Assembly (NCBI RefSeq): GCF_000143415.4
Contig: NW_003314301.1
Span: 654,336-718,335 of the forward strand
Origin: Selaginella moellendorffii
Taxonomy: Eukaryota > Plantae > Lycopodiophyta
Length of the DNA: 64,000 nt
Direction of reading: 5' to 3'
The notes below the pieces were generated by a model, which worked only from the letters and a program-made list of their open reading frames with translations, made no database searches and was not told where the DNA came from. This document shows positions 1 to 11,600 of the stretch, piece by piece; within the stretch, counting starts at the first letter, position 1, and the number at the start of each line of letters is the position of its first letter. The translations under genes and the position numbers were made by a program.

Positions 1-222
1 CACACACACCCAAAGTACAAAGTTCTTGAGTGGAGTGATTTAAATCCATCCCAGGGAGCTAGGAAGAAATTCTTAACTGGTTTGATGGAGATCATCCATG
101 GACACTCCTTCACAGCTGCCCAATTTTGCCCAAGACCAACATTGATTGATCCATTGGAGTGATTCACCCAGAATTTCTTGCTACCTAGAGAAATTTCTCT
201 TGTTTCTTCTTCTCCTCTCTCT

Positions 223-1914
223 ATGATCATGAGCTCCAAAGCAATGATCCATCACCAGCATCACCAGCAGCAGCAACACCACCATCTCAATCTCAATGTC
301 AACAATGTGCTGCCAGATTGGATCAAGCCACACTACTTGACAGCAATTCACCACACTGCCCACCAGAATCTCCCCATCGCCATTCCAATTCCCATGCCAC
401 TCCCAAATCCCCCAAGCATCAAGAAGGAGTCGCCATCCAGCGGCCAGGATCGCGACCATCGGACGATCCCCACCGCGCCAATAAAGCCTCTCTACGATCA
501 GCACGGGCAAAGCGCGCAGTCTTGCTCCTCCTCCTCGATCCCTTTCGTCAGCCTGCGGCGGCTGCCAGAGATCGCCAGCAGCAGCTCCAGCAGCGCCTCC
601 GGATCAGCATCCGCCACTAGCAGCAGCTGCGGCGGCGATGGCGTCCAGCAGATCCAGACCGGCATTCTCGACGACGATCGCATCCCACTGGCACTGGCAT
701 TGCAGCTGGATCAAGATCGAGCGCGGCGGCGGCGCGAATCGTCCTCGTCGCCAAATATTTCGGATCGGGAGGAGGCCGCCATGATCGATTCTCCCGGCGC
801 GGGGCTCCGGATTGGACTCCCGACGGAGGCGATCGCCTTGAGCAGGAGCAGCAGCGCCAGCGCCAGCGCCACGGCGGCGATCGATCAGGGCAGTAGCAGC
901 TCGGCGGCGGTGGCGGTGGCGGTGGCAGTGGCGGATCGCTGCATGTTCCAGGATCAGGGAGCGGGGATTAGGGGCAAGGGCCAGTTCTGGATTCCAACGC
1001 CCGCGCAGATCCTTGTCGGGCCGACGCAATTCTCGTGCCCGGTGTGTGGCAAGACGTTCAATCGCTACAACAACATGCAGGTAATCAAGCGTCGAGACTT
1101 CCTGGTCGATTTCTTGCCGTGTTCTTGCGATGGATATCTTGTGTTCTTCGTTTCCGGTTTACTTGTGCGTTATACTGTCTCGTCGATGGATCGTGTTCTC
1201 TTCTTGTTGAGAGAAATGGCTGGCTGGAGTGCTCAATCTTTGGTTGATAAGAGCTCTCCTTGGATGCCGTGTGTGAGAGTTCTTGAGGTATTTGACTCCC
1301 TTGGAAGCCTTTTCTCTTCTTTTGTCTGAGAGAATCTCTTCAGATGGTACTCTTCGGTCAAGTTGGTTTTGTTCTTGCGAAATGGGAGATGACTGACTCA
1401 TTTCTCTTTTGGTTCTGTTTCCATGATCCAGATGCATATGTGGGGGCATGGATCGCAGTACCGTCGCGGCCCCGAATCCCTCCGCGGCACGCAGCCCAGC
1501 GCGATGCTCCGGCTGCCGTGCTACTGCTGCGCGCCGGGGTGCCGCAACAACATCGAGCACCCGCGCGCCAAGCCGCTCAAGGACTTCCGGACGCTCCAGA
1601 CGCACTACAAGCGCAAGCACGGCGCCAAGCCCTTCATGTGCCGCAAATGCGGCAAGGCGTTCGCGGTGCGCGGCGACTGGCGCACGCACGAGAAGAACTG
1701 CGGCAAGTTGTGGTACTGTAGCTGCGGCTCGGATTTCAAGCACAAGCGGTCGCTCAAGGACCATATCCGCGCGTTTGGGAGCGGCCACTCTCCCGTGGGG
1801 CTGGATGAACAGGAGGAAGATCCGGACGAGGACGAGGACGAGGAAGCTGGATCGAATTCCACCAACGAAGACGACGGCGAGATGGACACGACTATGACGG
1901 CCATCTCCAGCTAG
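223..1914 (+). CDS. WIP-family C2H2 zinc-finger transcription factor (WIP2/NTT/TT1-like), 2 exons: ~223-1080 and 1432-1914
   Basis: Contains [34 protein letters not shown]|[22 protein letters not shown]...[10 protein letters not shown]...HYKRKHG...[18 protein letters not shown], the diagnostic WIP domain. A GT-AG intron at 1081-1431 joins the two ORFs in frame. The first in-frame ATG is at 223, but the start is uncertain. Confidence 0.93.
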
Positions 1915-3890
1915 AAGCAGTCTTTGTTTTTTTCTTGTTTTTTTTTTCTTTTTTTTTTTGCTCCAAGAAACAGAGCACTACCTATGAAATGTAGTCAGAG
2001 TTTGTTCAGAATTCAGAATGAACCCTAAAAATTGATCAGAACTCAGGCTGAACCTTAAAAGTTGTCAGAATGAACCTTACAAATGTCAGAATGAGCAGCT
2101 TTCTTGGTTCAAATGTTTGAAAATCTGTCCTTTGTTGGGCACATGGTGAAGAGATATTGGAGATCAGGGAGTGGTGCGGATCTTGGATGGATCGCGGCGT
2201 TTCAGCTCCAGACACTATCTATTACATGCAGGAAAACATAAAATTTGTAGCATAACCTATCTGATCTCTCTCTCTCTCTCTCTCTGGTGGAGATTTTTCC
2301 ACGGCATTCAAAAGGCCCAGGTCTTTTGTCTGCTGCTGCTGCTGCAGCACATCTTCAAAACTCACACGCAAGATTGTTTAAGTTGGAGCGATCACGTCCC
2401 GAGACACGGCACAAAGGGGATGAGCGCAATGGCTCTTTTTTTTGTTTTCCGGCAGAGTTTCACGCCCCTCCACGAGCGGTGTGCGTATAATTATGCAAAG
2501 TTCACCCGTGAACATACCACCCGCACTACAAGAACTGTGTTAACAGCGCGGAGACGACGAAAGCAGGTCGCCCACGAGGATGATTTCCTGGCAGCTTGTT
2601 CCACGCAATTGACGGCGATTAACAAAACCCTAGAGAGATGTGGGATCCCGCGCGTGGAGATTTTATGTTTTTCTTCTTCTGAAACGGCTTCGAGGCTCTT
2701 TCTCTCCCACTGTCTAGAGTTCGGCAGAAAAGACATCGTTTACTGGGGATGAAAAGATGCCTTACATGAGCAACTTATACTCCCATTGACCGCCTCCTTT
2801 CATCCTCATTCAACTCAACGCATTTGTTCACATGGTTTCTGGAGTTAATATATAAAAACAGAGGAAAATCACAACACATGGACAAGGCATGAAATCAAGG
2901 AAAGCACTGGTCACCGCCCGTAATCCTGCGGCATGCACGCTCTCGTGTCCCCCATTCTGTGTCTGAAAGGCGAGCGCACGCGTGCGTACGTGTGCCCACC
3001 CCACAAATTAGGGCTCCTGCTCGCCTGGGGTGGTAGGTCAAATGTGAAAAGTATGTTGGTTGCTTGTTCCAGCCCAAGAAAATAATATTATGGCCAGCCA
3101 TCATTTTCCTAGAGTCGGCAAAAACTTACAAACATAGGTAGTGGAGGGTGGTGGATCATGGGCGGGGAAAAAGCCCTAATTAGCGAGCGCGTCGTCATCA
3201 TTCATGCACCTGGATTTTGGTTATTCATATTTGTCTAGTTTATATTGGACACGGATAGATATTGCCGAATGTTTATGACAGTATTGTTTAGTCCCGATTA
3301 GCTTCTATTGCGATAATAGATACGTGTCCACAAGATTCCCATGTGGTGGATTAGTTGGTGTGGTCAAAAACAACGAGACAATGTTCCCTTGAGCTTGATA
3401 GGAAAGATGCCCAGATCAAATGTAGTCTCTAGTGGCAACAAATCTTAACCCTTGGGAATAGTTTAGGGTCGCATAAAACTGGACAGTGTCCGTGCACGTA
3501 ATCGCGCGCTTTTATTTAAATGGCTAAAGATCCCTCCGGCGAATATGCGTTAGAATGTTCTACGTGGATACCCCCCATGGCATGGGTGTGGATGGACCCA
3601 TGGCGTGAGTCATGGTAGGCGCAAAACGACACCATCGCATGCGCGCGTGAGCGTCGGTGTGGACCCATGCGCATCTATGGCGCATGAAAGGTGGCCTACC
3701 ATCGCCATACCACGACATGATCAAAACAACACAAGAAAAATATTTAGTCTTTGATATCTTTTGTATGGTTTCTTTTCCGGCTCTTTCCCTTCAATGCCTC
3801 GAGCGAGTGAGTGCCTCTTGGAGCACAGCAACGCTGATAGCTAGCTTGAAAGAGAGAAAACAAAAAAAACAACAAACACAAAGGCCACTG

Positions 3891-6638
3891 TCAGCCGAGA
3901 GATTCCTGGAAAGGTTCCAGCGTGGACTGGCTGGTCAACAGATTCGACAAGAGAACATACGAGTTTGGATCGCTTGCGTCGATCAAACTCGCGGCCTTGA
4001 CACCTCGCTTTGCGTCGCCGTGAACTCTGCAAGCACTCAAGAATGCCCGCCACGACACGGCATCCATAGCCAGGCTGAATTCCTCCGCCTCGCCGAGCCG
4101 CCCAACTTTGGCCAGCGCGTCCACGAGACACCCAAAGTGCTCCGCCAGCGGCTGGATTCCATGGTCCTCCACCATGGAGCTAAAGCACGCCATGGCGTCC
4201 TTGACGAGCCCCGAGTGGCTGCACGAAAGTATCGCGCACAGGAAGCTGACGTCGTCGGCTTTCGTCCCGTCCTGTTGCATCTTCCAAAACAGCTTCAGAC
4301 TGTCCCTGGGATTCCCGTGCTGCGCGTTGGCCGCCACCATGACTGTCCACGAAACCACGTCCCGGCGTTTGATCCTCTCGAACTCGCGGTTGGCGGCGTC
4401 CAAGTTGCCACACTCGGCGTACATGTTGACGATCGCGTTCCGGACGGTGTCGTCGCTGTCCAGGCCTTGAGAAGCCACTCGGAAGTGGAAGAGCTTTCCC
4501 TGAGTCGGGGCCACGGCACCGGCGCAGGCATCGAGCGCGAGGACGTATGAAACTTGATCCGGTTTCGTGCCTTCCATGTCCATCGCCTGGAAGAGCTTGA
4601 GAGCTTCTTTCGGCGAGTCGAGCTGGATGTAGGCCGTGAGCATTGCGTTCCACGAGACCACGTCCTTCTTCTTCAGGCCGTCGAAGACGCACTTGGAGTT
4701 TTCGAGGCTGCCACACTTTGCGTAGAGGTTGATGAGGAAGTTTGCGACGATGTTGCCGTCGAGCTGGAAGCCACTGGCCAAAACTCGCCTGTGCATGGCT
4801 TTGGCAGACTCCTCACCCGTGTAGACGCAGGCGTTGAGAAGAGCCGTGTAGCTTATCTTGTCTGGCTTCAGGCCTTCCAGGTCCATCTTCCAGAGGAGCT
4901 TGAGAGCCTCCTTGCCGCAGCCGTGCTGGCTGTACTCCACGGCCAAGGCGTTCCAGGAAACGAGATCCCTGCTCGGCATCTCGTCAAACACCTTCCTGGC
5001 CTCGTCCAAGCGCGCACACTTCCCGTACATGCTCACCAACGTGTTGTTTACGTTGACGTCGCCGCCAAAACCAGTGGCAATTGCTCGAGAGTGAGCACTT
5101 CTTCCACGCGTTAGATCCCCCGAGCTCGCACAGGCGTCGAGAATGCTCACGAACGTCACCTTGCTCGGAGGAATGCCTTCCAAGTCCATCTTCTTGAGAA
5201 GCTCCAGGGCTTCTCTTCCATGCCTGTGCTGTGCGTATGCTGTTATCATCGCGTTCCAGGAAACCACGCTCTTCACCTCCATCCCTTCGAGAACACCTCT
5301 TGCCTCTGCCAAGCTCCCACACTTCCCGTACATGTTAACCAGCGTCGTCTCCACAAACACGTCCATCATGAAACCACTCGCGAGGAAAGTAGCGTGAAAC
5401 TTTCGTCCCTGTTCCAAGTCTTCAAGCGTTGCACAGGCAGCTAGCAAGCCAAGCAAGCTCGCCCTGTTCGGTCGAAAGCCTTCCATGCTCATCAACCGAG
5501 AAAGCTCCATAGCCTCTCTGGCATGCCCGAGCTGTGTGTAGGACGTGAGCATGGCGGCCCAGGACACCGAGTTCTTCAAAAGGATGCCGTCAAACACGTC
5601 CCTGGCCTCGGAAACACTGGAGCAGCGTCCATACATGCTGAGGAGTGCGTTTCCAACGCCAACATCTGTAGTGAAACCATCTGCTGTAGCTTGCGAGTGG
5701 ACTTTCCTACCGTGCTCCAAGTCCGTGCAAGCATCCAAGATGCCGACGAAAGTGAAAGCGTCAGGCCTGGTTCCATCCTGCTGCATCTCCTGGAAGACTC
5801 TAAACGCCAGCGTCGAGTCTCTGGCCACCTGCGAATACGAAACAATCAGTGCGTTCCACGAGACAACATCTCTTTGTTCCATACCGTCAAAGACAAGCCT
5901 CGCGTCGCTGGAGCTCCCGCACTTGCCATACATGGTGATGAGGCAATTGGCGACGATGAGATGGTCTTCAAACTCCGTCGCGGCAATGCTGGCATGCACA
6001 GCGCGACCAAGCTCGAGAGCTCCCAGAAGCGTGCACGCCTTGAGAGCCAGGCCCACCGTGAAAGTGTCCGGTCTCACACCCTCAGCGTGCATTCTCCAGT
6101 AGATCACCAGCGCTTTGAAAGGATTGCCATTCCGGATGTGAGCCGTGATCATCACTGTGGCGAGGCACTTGTCCGGAACAACACCTTCCTCCACCATCTT
6201 CTCGAAAAATCCCACAGCCCCACTGTAATCCCCGTTGAGAACACAAGCCGAGACCATCTCGCTCCACGAGAAGAGATTCCTGTGAGCCATCGCTATAGTG
6301 TCGAAAACTCTACGCGCCTCCTCCAAGCTGCCGCACTTCCCATACATCCCAATCACCATATTCGCTAGCCGGCGATCACCGCGACAATCGCTCTTGCTGA
6401 CGTGATCGTGGATTTTCCTGCCCTCCGCCAATGCCTGCGCCTCGCCACACCACCGGAGCAATCTGCTATAGCTGCCGATCTTGTCCAGAGATTCTTCCAG
6501 AGATTCCAGAGCTCGATCTACATCCATACCTCTCCCGTCGGCGATGCCGCCGCAAGAATCAGCTGCATCGTGCGATAGAAGCCTAGAGAATCGAGAATGC
6601 GAGAATTGGATCCGCCGGAGCACCGCCCGCCCGGGCAT
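3891..6638 (-). CDS. PLS-class pentatricopeptide repeat protein with E extension, no DYW (organellar RNA editing specificity factor-like)
   Basis: Intronless 915-aa ORF with repeated MYGKCGSL.EAR.VF..M..RDVVSWNA motifs. Ends with an E-region (HFGCLVDALAKVGRL...WRAFLSACRVHGD...SYVLLSN). The Arg-rich N-terminus resembles a transit peptide. Confidence 0.92.
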   Translation of the reverse strand: MPGRAVLRRIQFSHSRFSRLLSHDAADSCGGIADGRGMDVDRALESLEESLDKIGSYSRLLRWCGEAQALAEGRKIHDHVSKSDCRGDRRLANMVIGMYGKCGSLEEARRVFDTIAMAHRNLFSWSEMVSACVLNGDYSGAVGFFEKMVEEGVVPDKCLATVMITAHIRNGNPFKALVIYWRMHAEGVRPDTFTVGLALKACTLLGALELGRAVHASIAATEFEDHLIVANCLITMYGKCGSSSDARLVFDGMEQRDVVSWNALIVSYSQVARDSTLAFRVFQEMQQDGTRPDAFTFVGILDACTDLEHGRKVHSQATADGFTTDVGVGNALLSMYGRCSSVSEARDVFDGILLKNSVSWAAMLTSYTQLGHAREAMELSRLMSMEGFRPNRASLLGLLAACATLEDLEQGRKFHATFLASGFMMDVFVETTLVNMYGKCGSLAEARGVLEGMEVKSVVSWNAMITAYAQHRHGREALELLKKMDLEGIPPSKVTFVSILDACASSGDLTRGRSAHSRAIATGFGGDVNVNNTLVSMYGKCARLDEARKVFDEMPSRDLVSWNALAVEYSQHGCGKEALKLLWKMDLEGLKPDKISYTALLNACVYTGEESAKAMHRRVLASGFQLDGNIVANFLINLYAKCGSLENSKCVFDGLKKKDVVSWNAMLTAYIQLDSPKEALKLFQAMDMEGTKPDQVSYVLALDACAGAVAPTQGKLFHFRVASQGLDSDDTVRNAIVNMYAECGNLDAANREFERIKRRDVVSWTVMVAANAQHGNPRDSLKLFWKMQQDGTKADDVSFLCAILSCSHSGLVKDAMACFSSMVEDHGIQPLAEHFGCLVDALAKVGRLGEAEEFSLAMDAVSWRAFLSACRVHGDAKRGVKAASLIDASDPNSYVLLSNLLTSQSTLEPFQESLG

Positions 6639-7060
6639 GGGCGAAGAACCCTAAATTACAGAGATTCCACTAACGGATTCATAGCGACACGTGCCCACGG
6701 GCACCGGCTGGAGCCGGTAAGATCGCGAGACACGTGGCGGGAGCCTGGTCGCCGCAGATGGCGGTGCCGCCGTGCACGGGCTACAGCCAGTCAGCAGATC
6801 CCGTAACCGGCCCAGGGAGTCAGCTTCGTCTACCTCATGTTTGGGTGCCTAGGGTTAGGGTATTGGCGTAGGAGCTGGTGGCCTCGACATCGTCGAGAAG
6901 CGCAAGGGCGATCATTCTCCATTCGTGAAGCTTGCGAGGCAAAAGGTGAATTCTTTGCGAGATTTTCACTCTCTCGCTCGCGATTCTCTGAAATTTCCGG
7001 TAGCTGAGAGCAAGATTGGCCATGTAGGGTTTGCTGGGATAGGAGGCGGCCGCCAGACCG
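6639..7060. promoter_or_regulatory. Short divergent (head-to-head) promoter region shared by PPR and NF-YA
   Basis: ~420 bp between opposing start codons. Telo-box-like AACCCTAA (6647) and TAGGGTT (6850, 7025), and CACGTG G-boxes (~6688, 6731). Confidence 0.5.
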
Positions 7061-8343
7061 ATGCGCGGTGAAGAAATCCCTGAAAGCGAGGAGGATACGC
7101 GATCATCGTCTCCTGGAGCTGCTGCTAGTGGCGGGGCGGCGTCATTGCCGTGGTGGGGCGCTCAATCGTCCGCTACTGTCACTCCAAAGGCTGCTTTTGA
7201 TGGTTGTGCGAGCGGCGGGAGAGTGAACTTCGCCCCAATGCAGCAGCCTCAAGTTCCACACGATGGTCACACTCTTTCTTCTCCACCCCAGAAGTTACCA
7301 GCGCCTTCCTCCGGCACAGGTTTGCTGGAAACTTTCTTTCTTTCTTTCAAAGCAAAACCTTTCATACATTTCTTTCTTTCTCTTCAGCAGCTGTGGATGA
7401 GAATGGTGCTACTGCTGTGGCTACTGTCGGTGAAGTAGCGAATGGAATTCCTCCACCGCCGGGAGAGTTTATCATCCGGCCTCCCCAGCTCGAGCTCGGT
7501 CACCCAATGGTCTGAAAAACGAAAAGAGCGACAGAAGTTTGATGACCTTTCGTGTTGTGGACTCGTTCCAGGTTCGCGCAGCCTATCCGTATGATCCGTA
7601 TTACGGTGGACTTGTTGCGGCTTATGGAGCGCAGGGAGTGCCAATGGTAGTGCTCTTTTCAGTAGGGAATTGTCGGTTTCACTCACGCGTTTTGTGTTTC
7701 ATGTAGATGCATCCTCATGTTCTAGGAATGCAGCACAGTCGAATGCCTTTGCCGTCGGAGATGATGGAAGAAGAGCCCGTGTATGTAAACGCGAAGCAGT
7801 ATCACGGCATTCTTCGCAGGAGGCAGATACGAGCAAAGGCGGAGCTCGAGAACAAACTCGTGAAGACTAGGAAAGTAAGTTTCTTTTCTTTCCTTTTCTC
7901 TCGTGGAACTAGTGTTTCTTCTCTTTTCTCCTGTAGAACTTGACTGAACCAATGTTTTTCCACAGCCATATCTACATGAATCGCGACACCAGCACGCGTT
8001 GAGGAGAGCCAGGGGATGCGGCGGCCGGTTCCTCAACACCAAAGCCAAGGAAGATGGGAAAGGATGCAACGATGTAAATGAGAGAGCTTCGTCAGTGTGC
8101 TCGGATAGCTCTGACGCCAAGTCCAACAGCGCTGGAGCCGGATCGGCGGAAAGCGGTGGAGCTGCCGGGTATCATCACCCTCGAATGATCTCAGCAGCGA
8201 ATCAAGCAAATGGTTACCACAGTCTTCATCAAACTCAGTCGTTCCATCCGTCAGCGTTCCATCCTTTAGCTAGTTGTGATGGTGGTGACAACGGGCAGAG
8301 TGGCACCGGCATGGTTTCCAGCATGGCTGTGGCGACGCAGTAA
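7061..8343 (+). CDS. NF-YA: Nuclear factor Y subunit A (CCAAT-binding); exons ~7061-7319, 7388-7509, 7572-7646, 7707-7874, 7966-8343
   Basis: [35 protein letters not shown]|[26 protein letters not shown] core domain, plus the YPYDPYYGG motif. GT-AG introns keep the frame. Confidence 0.95.
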
Positions 8344-8693
8344 GATCGCGCCAGCGAGCGAAGATCGTAGGAGAGAAGTTTATGGGGAAGAGCCAATGTT
8401 GGGTGAAGTGGTGGATGATGATGATGATGATCATGATGATGGAAGAAAAGAGAAGGCTTGCAGTTTTGTTACCAGCAAGCAGTGTAGTAGGAGCAAAAAC
8501 TCAGTTTGTGCAGTGTTCTCTTTTGACTTGTCATACTTGATAGTACGGACTGTGATATTTATGAAATATTATAGTACAGTTAAAGATTATGCCTGAAATA
8601 TTCTAGTACGGATGAAGTTACACTAAAGCCCTAGCTAAACCCTAAATTTGGAGGGAAATAGGGGGGAGAGATGAATGTAGGCGGCAAGCGGCT

Positions 8694-11600
8694 ATGGTGG
8701 ATCTCTCGGCGCTGCTCCAGGATCTGGGAGACTGCATCGCCAGCAAGCTCGACTCGTCATCCGAGACGCAGCCGGAGAACGATGATCCGGTAGAGTCGCG
8801 CTTCCGGTCGGTGTTGCCTGTTCTTCTTGACGCGTATTTTCTTCCCGAGAAAGGTATGCGGTCGCGATAGGGGAAGAGAGGCTTATTTCTTGCGCTTGGC
8901 AGTGAAAGGACGGGAGATTTTGGCGATTTTGAAGCTGGTGCGGCACACTGTGGATCATTTTCCCGGTGTTCTCTTCCATGGCAAAGCTCATGCTGTTCTT
9001 CCTGTTGTTGCGAGGTTGATTCCACTTCTTGCCGAGCCCGCTGCGAGGTATGAATTTTTTCTTTCTTCTTTTTTTTGTGTATGGAGTAACTTGACACCAA
9101 AATGTAATACTTGCAGTGGATGCTGCGAGTGTTTGTTTGAGACACTGCGTTCTCTCGTTTCAATTCTTCGCAAGGGAGAATGGGAGGTCTTCCAGTACTT
9201 TTTTATCGACGCCTTATTGCTCGTGGAAGGTATATCAAGTTGCGATTGCTACTATCTATTGAAAATCTAAGCTTGTGTTGCAGATTTGGCATCCGTTGGT
9301 TCCTTTTTTTCCACTCCAACGAGAGTTACATCTCCTGCAACTATATCGGTGAATTGCTTCCAGGAATCTTTTTCCTGTCTACGAGGAAAAAGAGATGGAG
9401 ACAGGTTTCTTGCACTTTCGTGCTGGGAATCCTCGAATGCCCCTGGGCTTTCGATTGACGTTACTGGAAAGGCTCGATGGGAGCCTCTCGCGGTATACGT
9501 TATTAAGCTTCTCACACATTTTTTGACCGAGGACTCGTTTCACGTTCGAGGTCTAGTGACACCGTGCTTCATGTTTGCCATTGGCACAATTATGTGTTAT
9601 GGCTCTAGCAATCTACACAAGGTACAAACTTCAAGTTAACTTAGCGAGCGTAATAGTCCTCTTGCGCAGGTTTGCTTTGAAATGTTTGCTGTTGGAACAT
9701 CTGAACTCGATGCTGATGTTGTTCCCAGTGAAAAGGCGATTTTGTCAATCTTGGCCGTGCTGTCTCTACCCAGAAATGGAGAACTTCCAGCCTTTAGGTT
9801 TGTTCTGTTTTTAAAATGTTTCTAATACTGAAATGGTGTAAACTTCCAGGACATCGACTTACGATTCCAGCCTTGGCTCCAGTCTGCTTTCACTTTATTC
9901 TAAGAGCGCACCAGATGTTGTAAAGTGCACGGCTCAAAATTTTTTGGAATTATTTCCAACTACAATTATGACGTCCGCTAGTCGCGACTTGAAGGTCTGT
10001 TTCTATTATTTACTACAGGAAGTATTCTTATCGAAAAATTTCAGGTCGCGTTCTGCAACATTTTGTCAATTATTCTCAAGCAATGCCCAATATATTCCAG
10101 CTGCGTCCTCTCTTTCACAACGATGATTTTTGTTCCCGACATTATGTCTCCGTTCAGCTCCTGTCTCCAAATTGCTATCAATGCGGATGCCGGAAATGCT
10201 GAAAATGGTTCCAAAAGACGCAAGTTACGTGAAGGTGAAGCTTTGACCTGTGGAGTGGAAAACTCGTTTGATCAGATGCATGAAGTTTTTGGTAGGCTGG
10301 AGATGGAAAATAAAGGCAGTACAATGCCTGTCGAAAGTTTACTAGCAGGCTATTGCGTTCTTGCTCGATCCTTTTGCCGAGCACCAGGAACAGATTACCT
10401 GCGACTAGTTTTACAACATTTTTGTGAATGGCTGATTTTATCCAAGTCGAAGGCAAGTATTTCTATCCCCCGGTCCTTTTTCTTCTATCACTAATGCGTT
10501 TCTTACAGGAGCTAATAACGAAACTTACAAAGTTTCAGCTGTCAATCATTCTTGAAGCAGTTGAGGGTCTGATTTTTCATCCTGGTAATGAGGTTCTCTA
10601 TTCAGCTGCATTTCCTGCTAACTCTTATCCACAGACTCAGAAATTCCGGAATTGGTGTTTTGCCGAGTTAAAGAAGTAGTTGGGCGTGTTCTGGAGATGC
10701 CTTGGTTTAGATTTACGGCTTCTCAAGGAGATAGTATTTGGAAGGCAAAACTACACGTGATGACGATTCTTTCCAAGATGAACGAGCCTGAAAGGTTCAA
10801 TGCTGATCATCTACTTCGTCTTGGATTGAGAGACGAGGACATGCGTGTCCGATCGGCAGCAGTGACGTGCATTCCGTTGCTGGTCGCCCATTCGTCTATG
10901 AGCTGGTTAAAGCTCTCTGAACTTCTAAGGTAAACATTTCATTTGAGATGCTTCTTTACTTATGATTTTCTGCAGGGGTATGGACGAGGACAATGAGCAA
11001 GTTCAAGAAGCGCTATGCTCAACTATTGGAAAGCTGTTCTGTGTCGCCGCTGCAAACCTTGTCCCAACGTCAGACATGCAGCAACTCTCGTGCAATATCT
11101 GTGACAACGGCATTGCCTCTGCAAGTGCAGTGCTTAAAGACTTGGAGTATCCATATTGGAAAACCGTTGTACTGAAGCTGCTTCTGACGAATCGGTCCTA
11201 TCGGGTGCAAAGTGCTGTCGTACGAAACCTTTCTCGTCTCCTTGCACACAGTTTTGAAGGAGACGCGAGGGACATATGGGTGAAGTGTCTAGATGTTTTT
11301 CCACTGCATCCTGATCGTTCCGCGCGGAAAGCATTTTGCTCTCAACTCAGAGGCTTGCTGACTCAGGAACATATATGGTACTCCACAGTTGGCCACAAGT
11401 CCGGGGACTACGAAATACTTAAGAAGCTGGGAGATGCCTTGGCTATAGCGACAGATCCAGACGTGTTAGAGACTCTTATGGAAACCGTCGCAGAAGTTGG
11501 GAAGGTGGCAAAGGGTGATGAGCTACGGGTGTCTGCTACTATCCTTCTTATAGAACAGCTCGACAAAAGTGAAGTTTCTGCAAGGGCCGTGAGCGTGAGA

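Noticed and set aside
1081-1329. C-terminal part of the 383-aa ORF (178-1329)
   Set aside because: Read-through into the WIP intron. The conserved domain resumes at 1432.
2005-2100. Degenerate ~22-bp repeats (tcagaatgaacctt/ctaaaa) and nearby (TC)n, poly-T and (GAT)n tracts as a CRISPR-like or functional array
   Set aside because: Eukaryotic 3' UTR or intergenic minisatellite without unique spacers. Ordinary slippage repeats.
2171-2752. 193-aa ORF downstream of WIP
   Set aside because: GTG start, runs through a microsatellite and has no domain similarity. Likely spurious.
3657-6368. Long plus-strand ORFs (297, 281, 186 aa) opposite the PPR gene, and similar shadows over kinase, FUT and ATR
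   Set aside because: Antisense or alternate-frame shadows of GC-rich coding sequence, with no recognisable motifs.
8344-8600. miR169 target site in the NF-YA 3' UTR
   Set aside because: No sequence resembling the canonical site (GGCAAGTCATCCTTGGCT-like) was seen.
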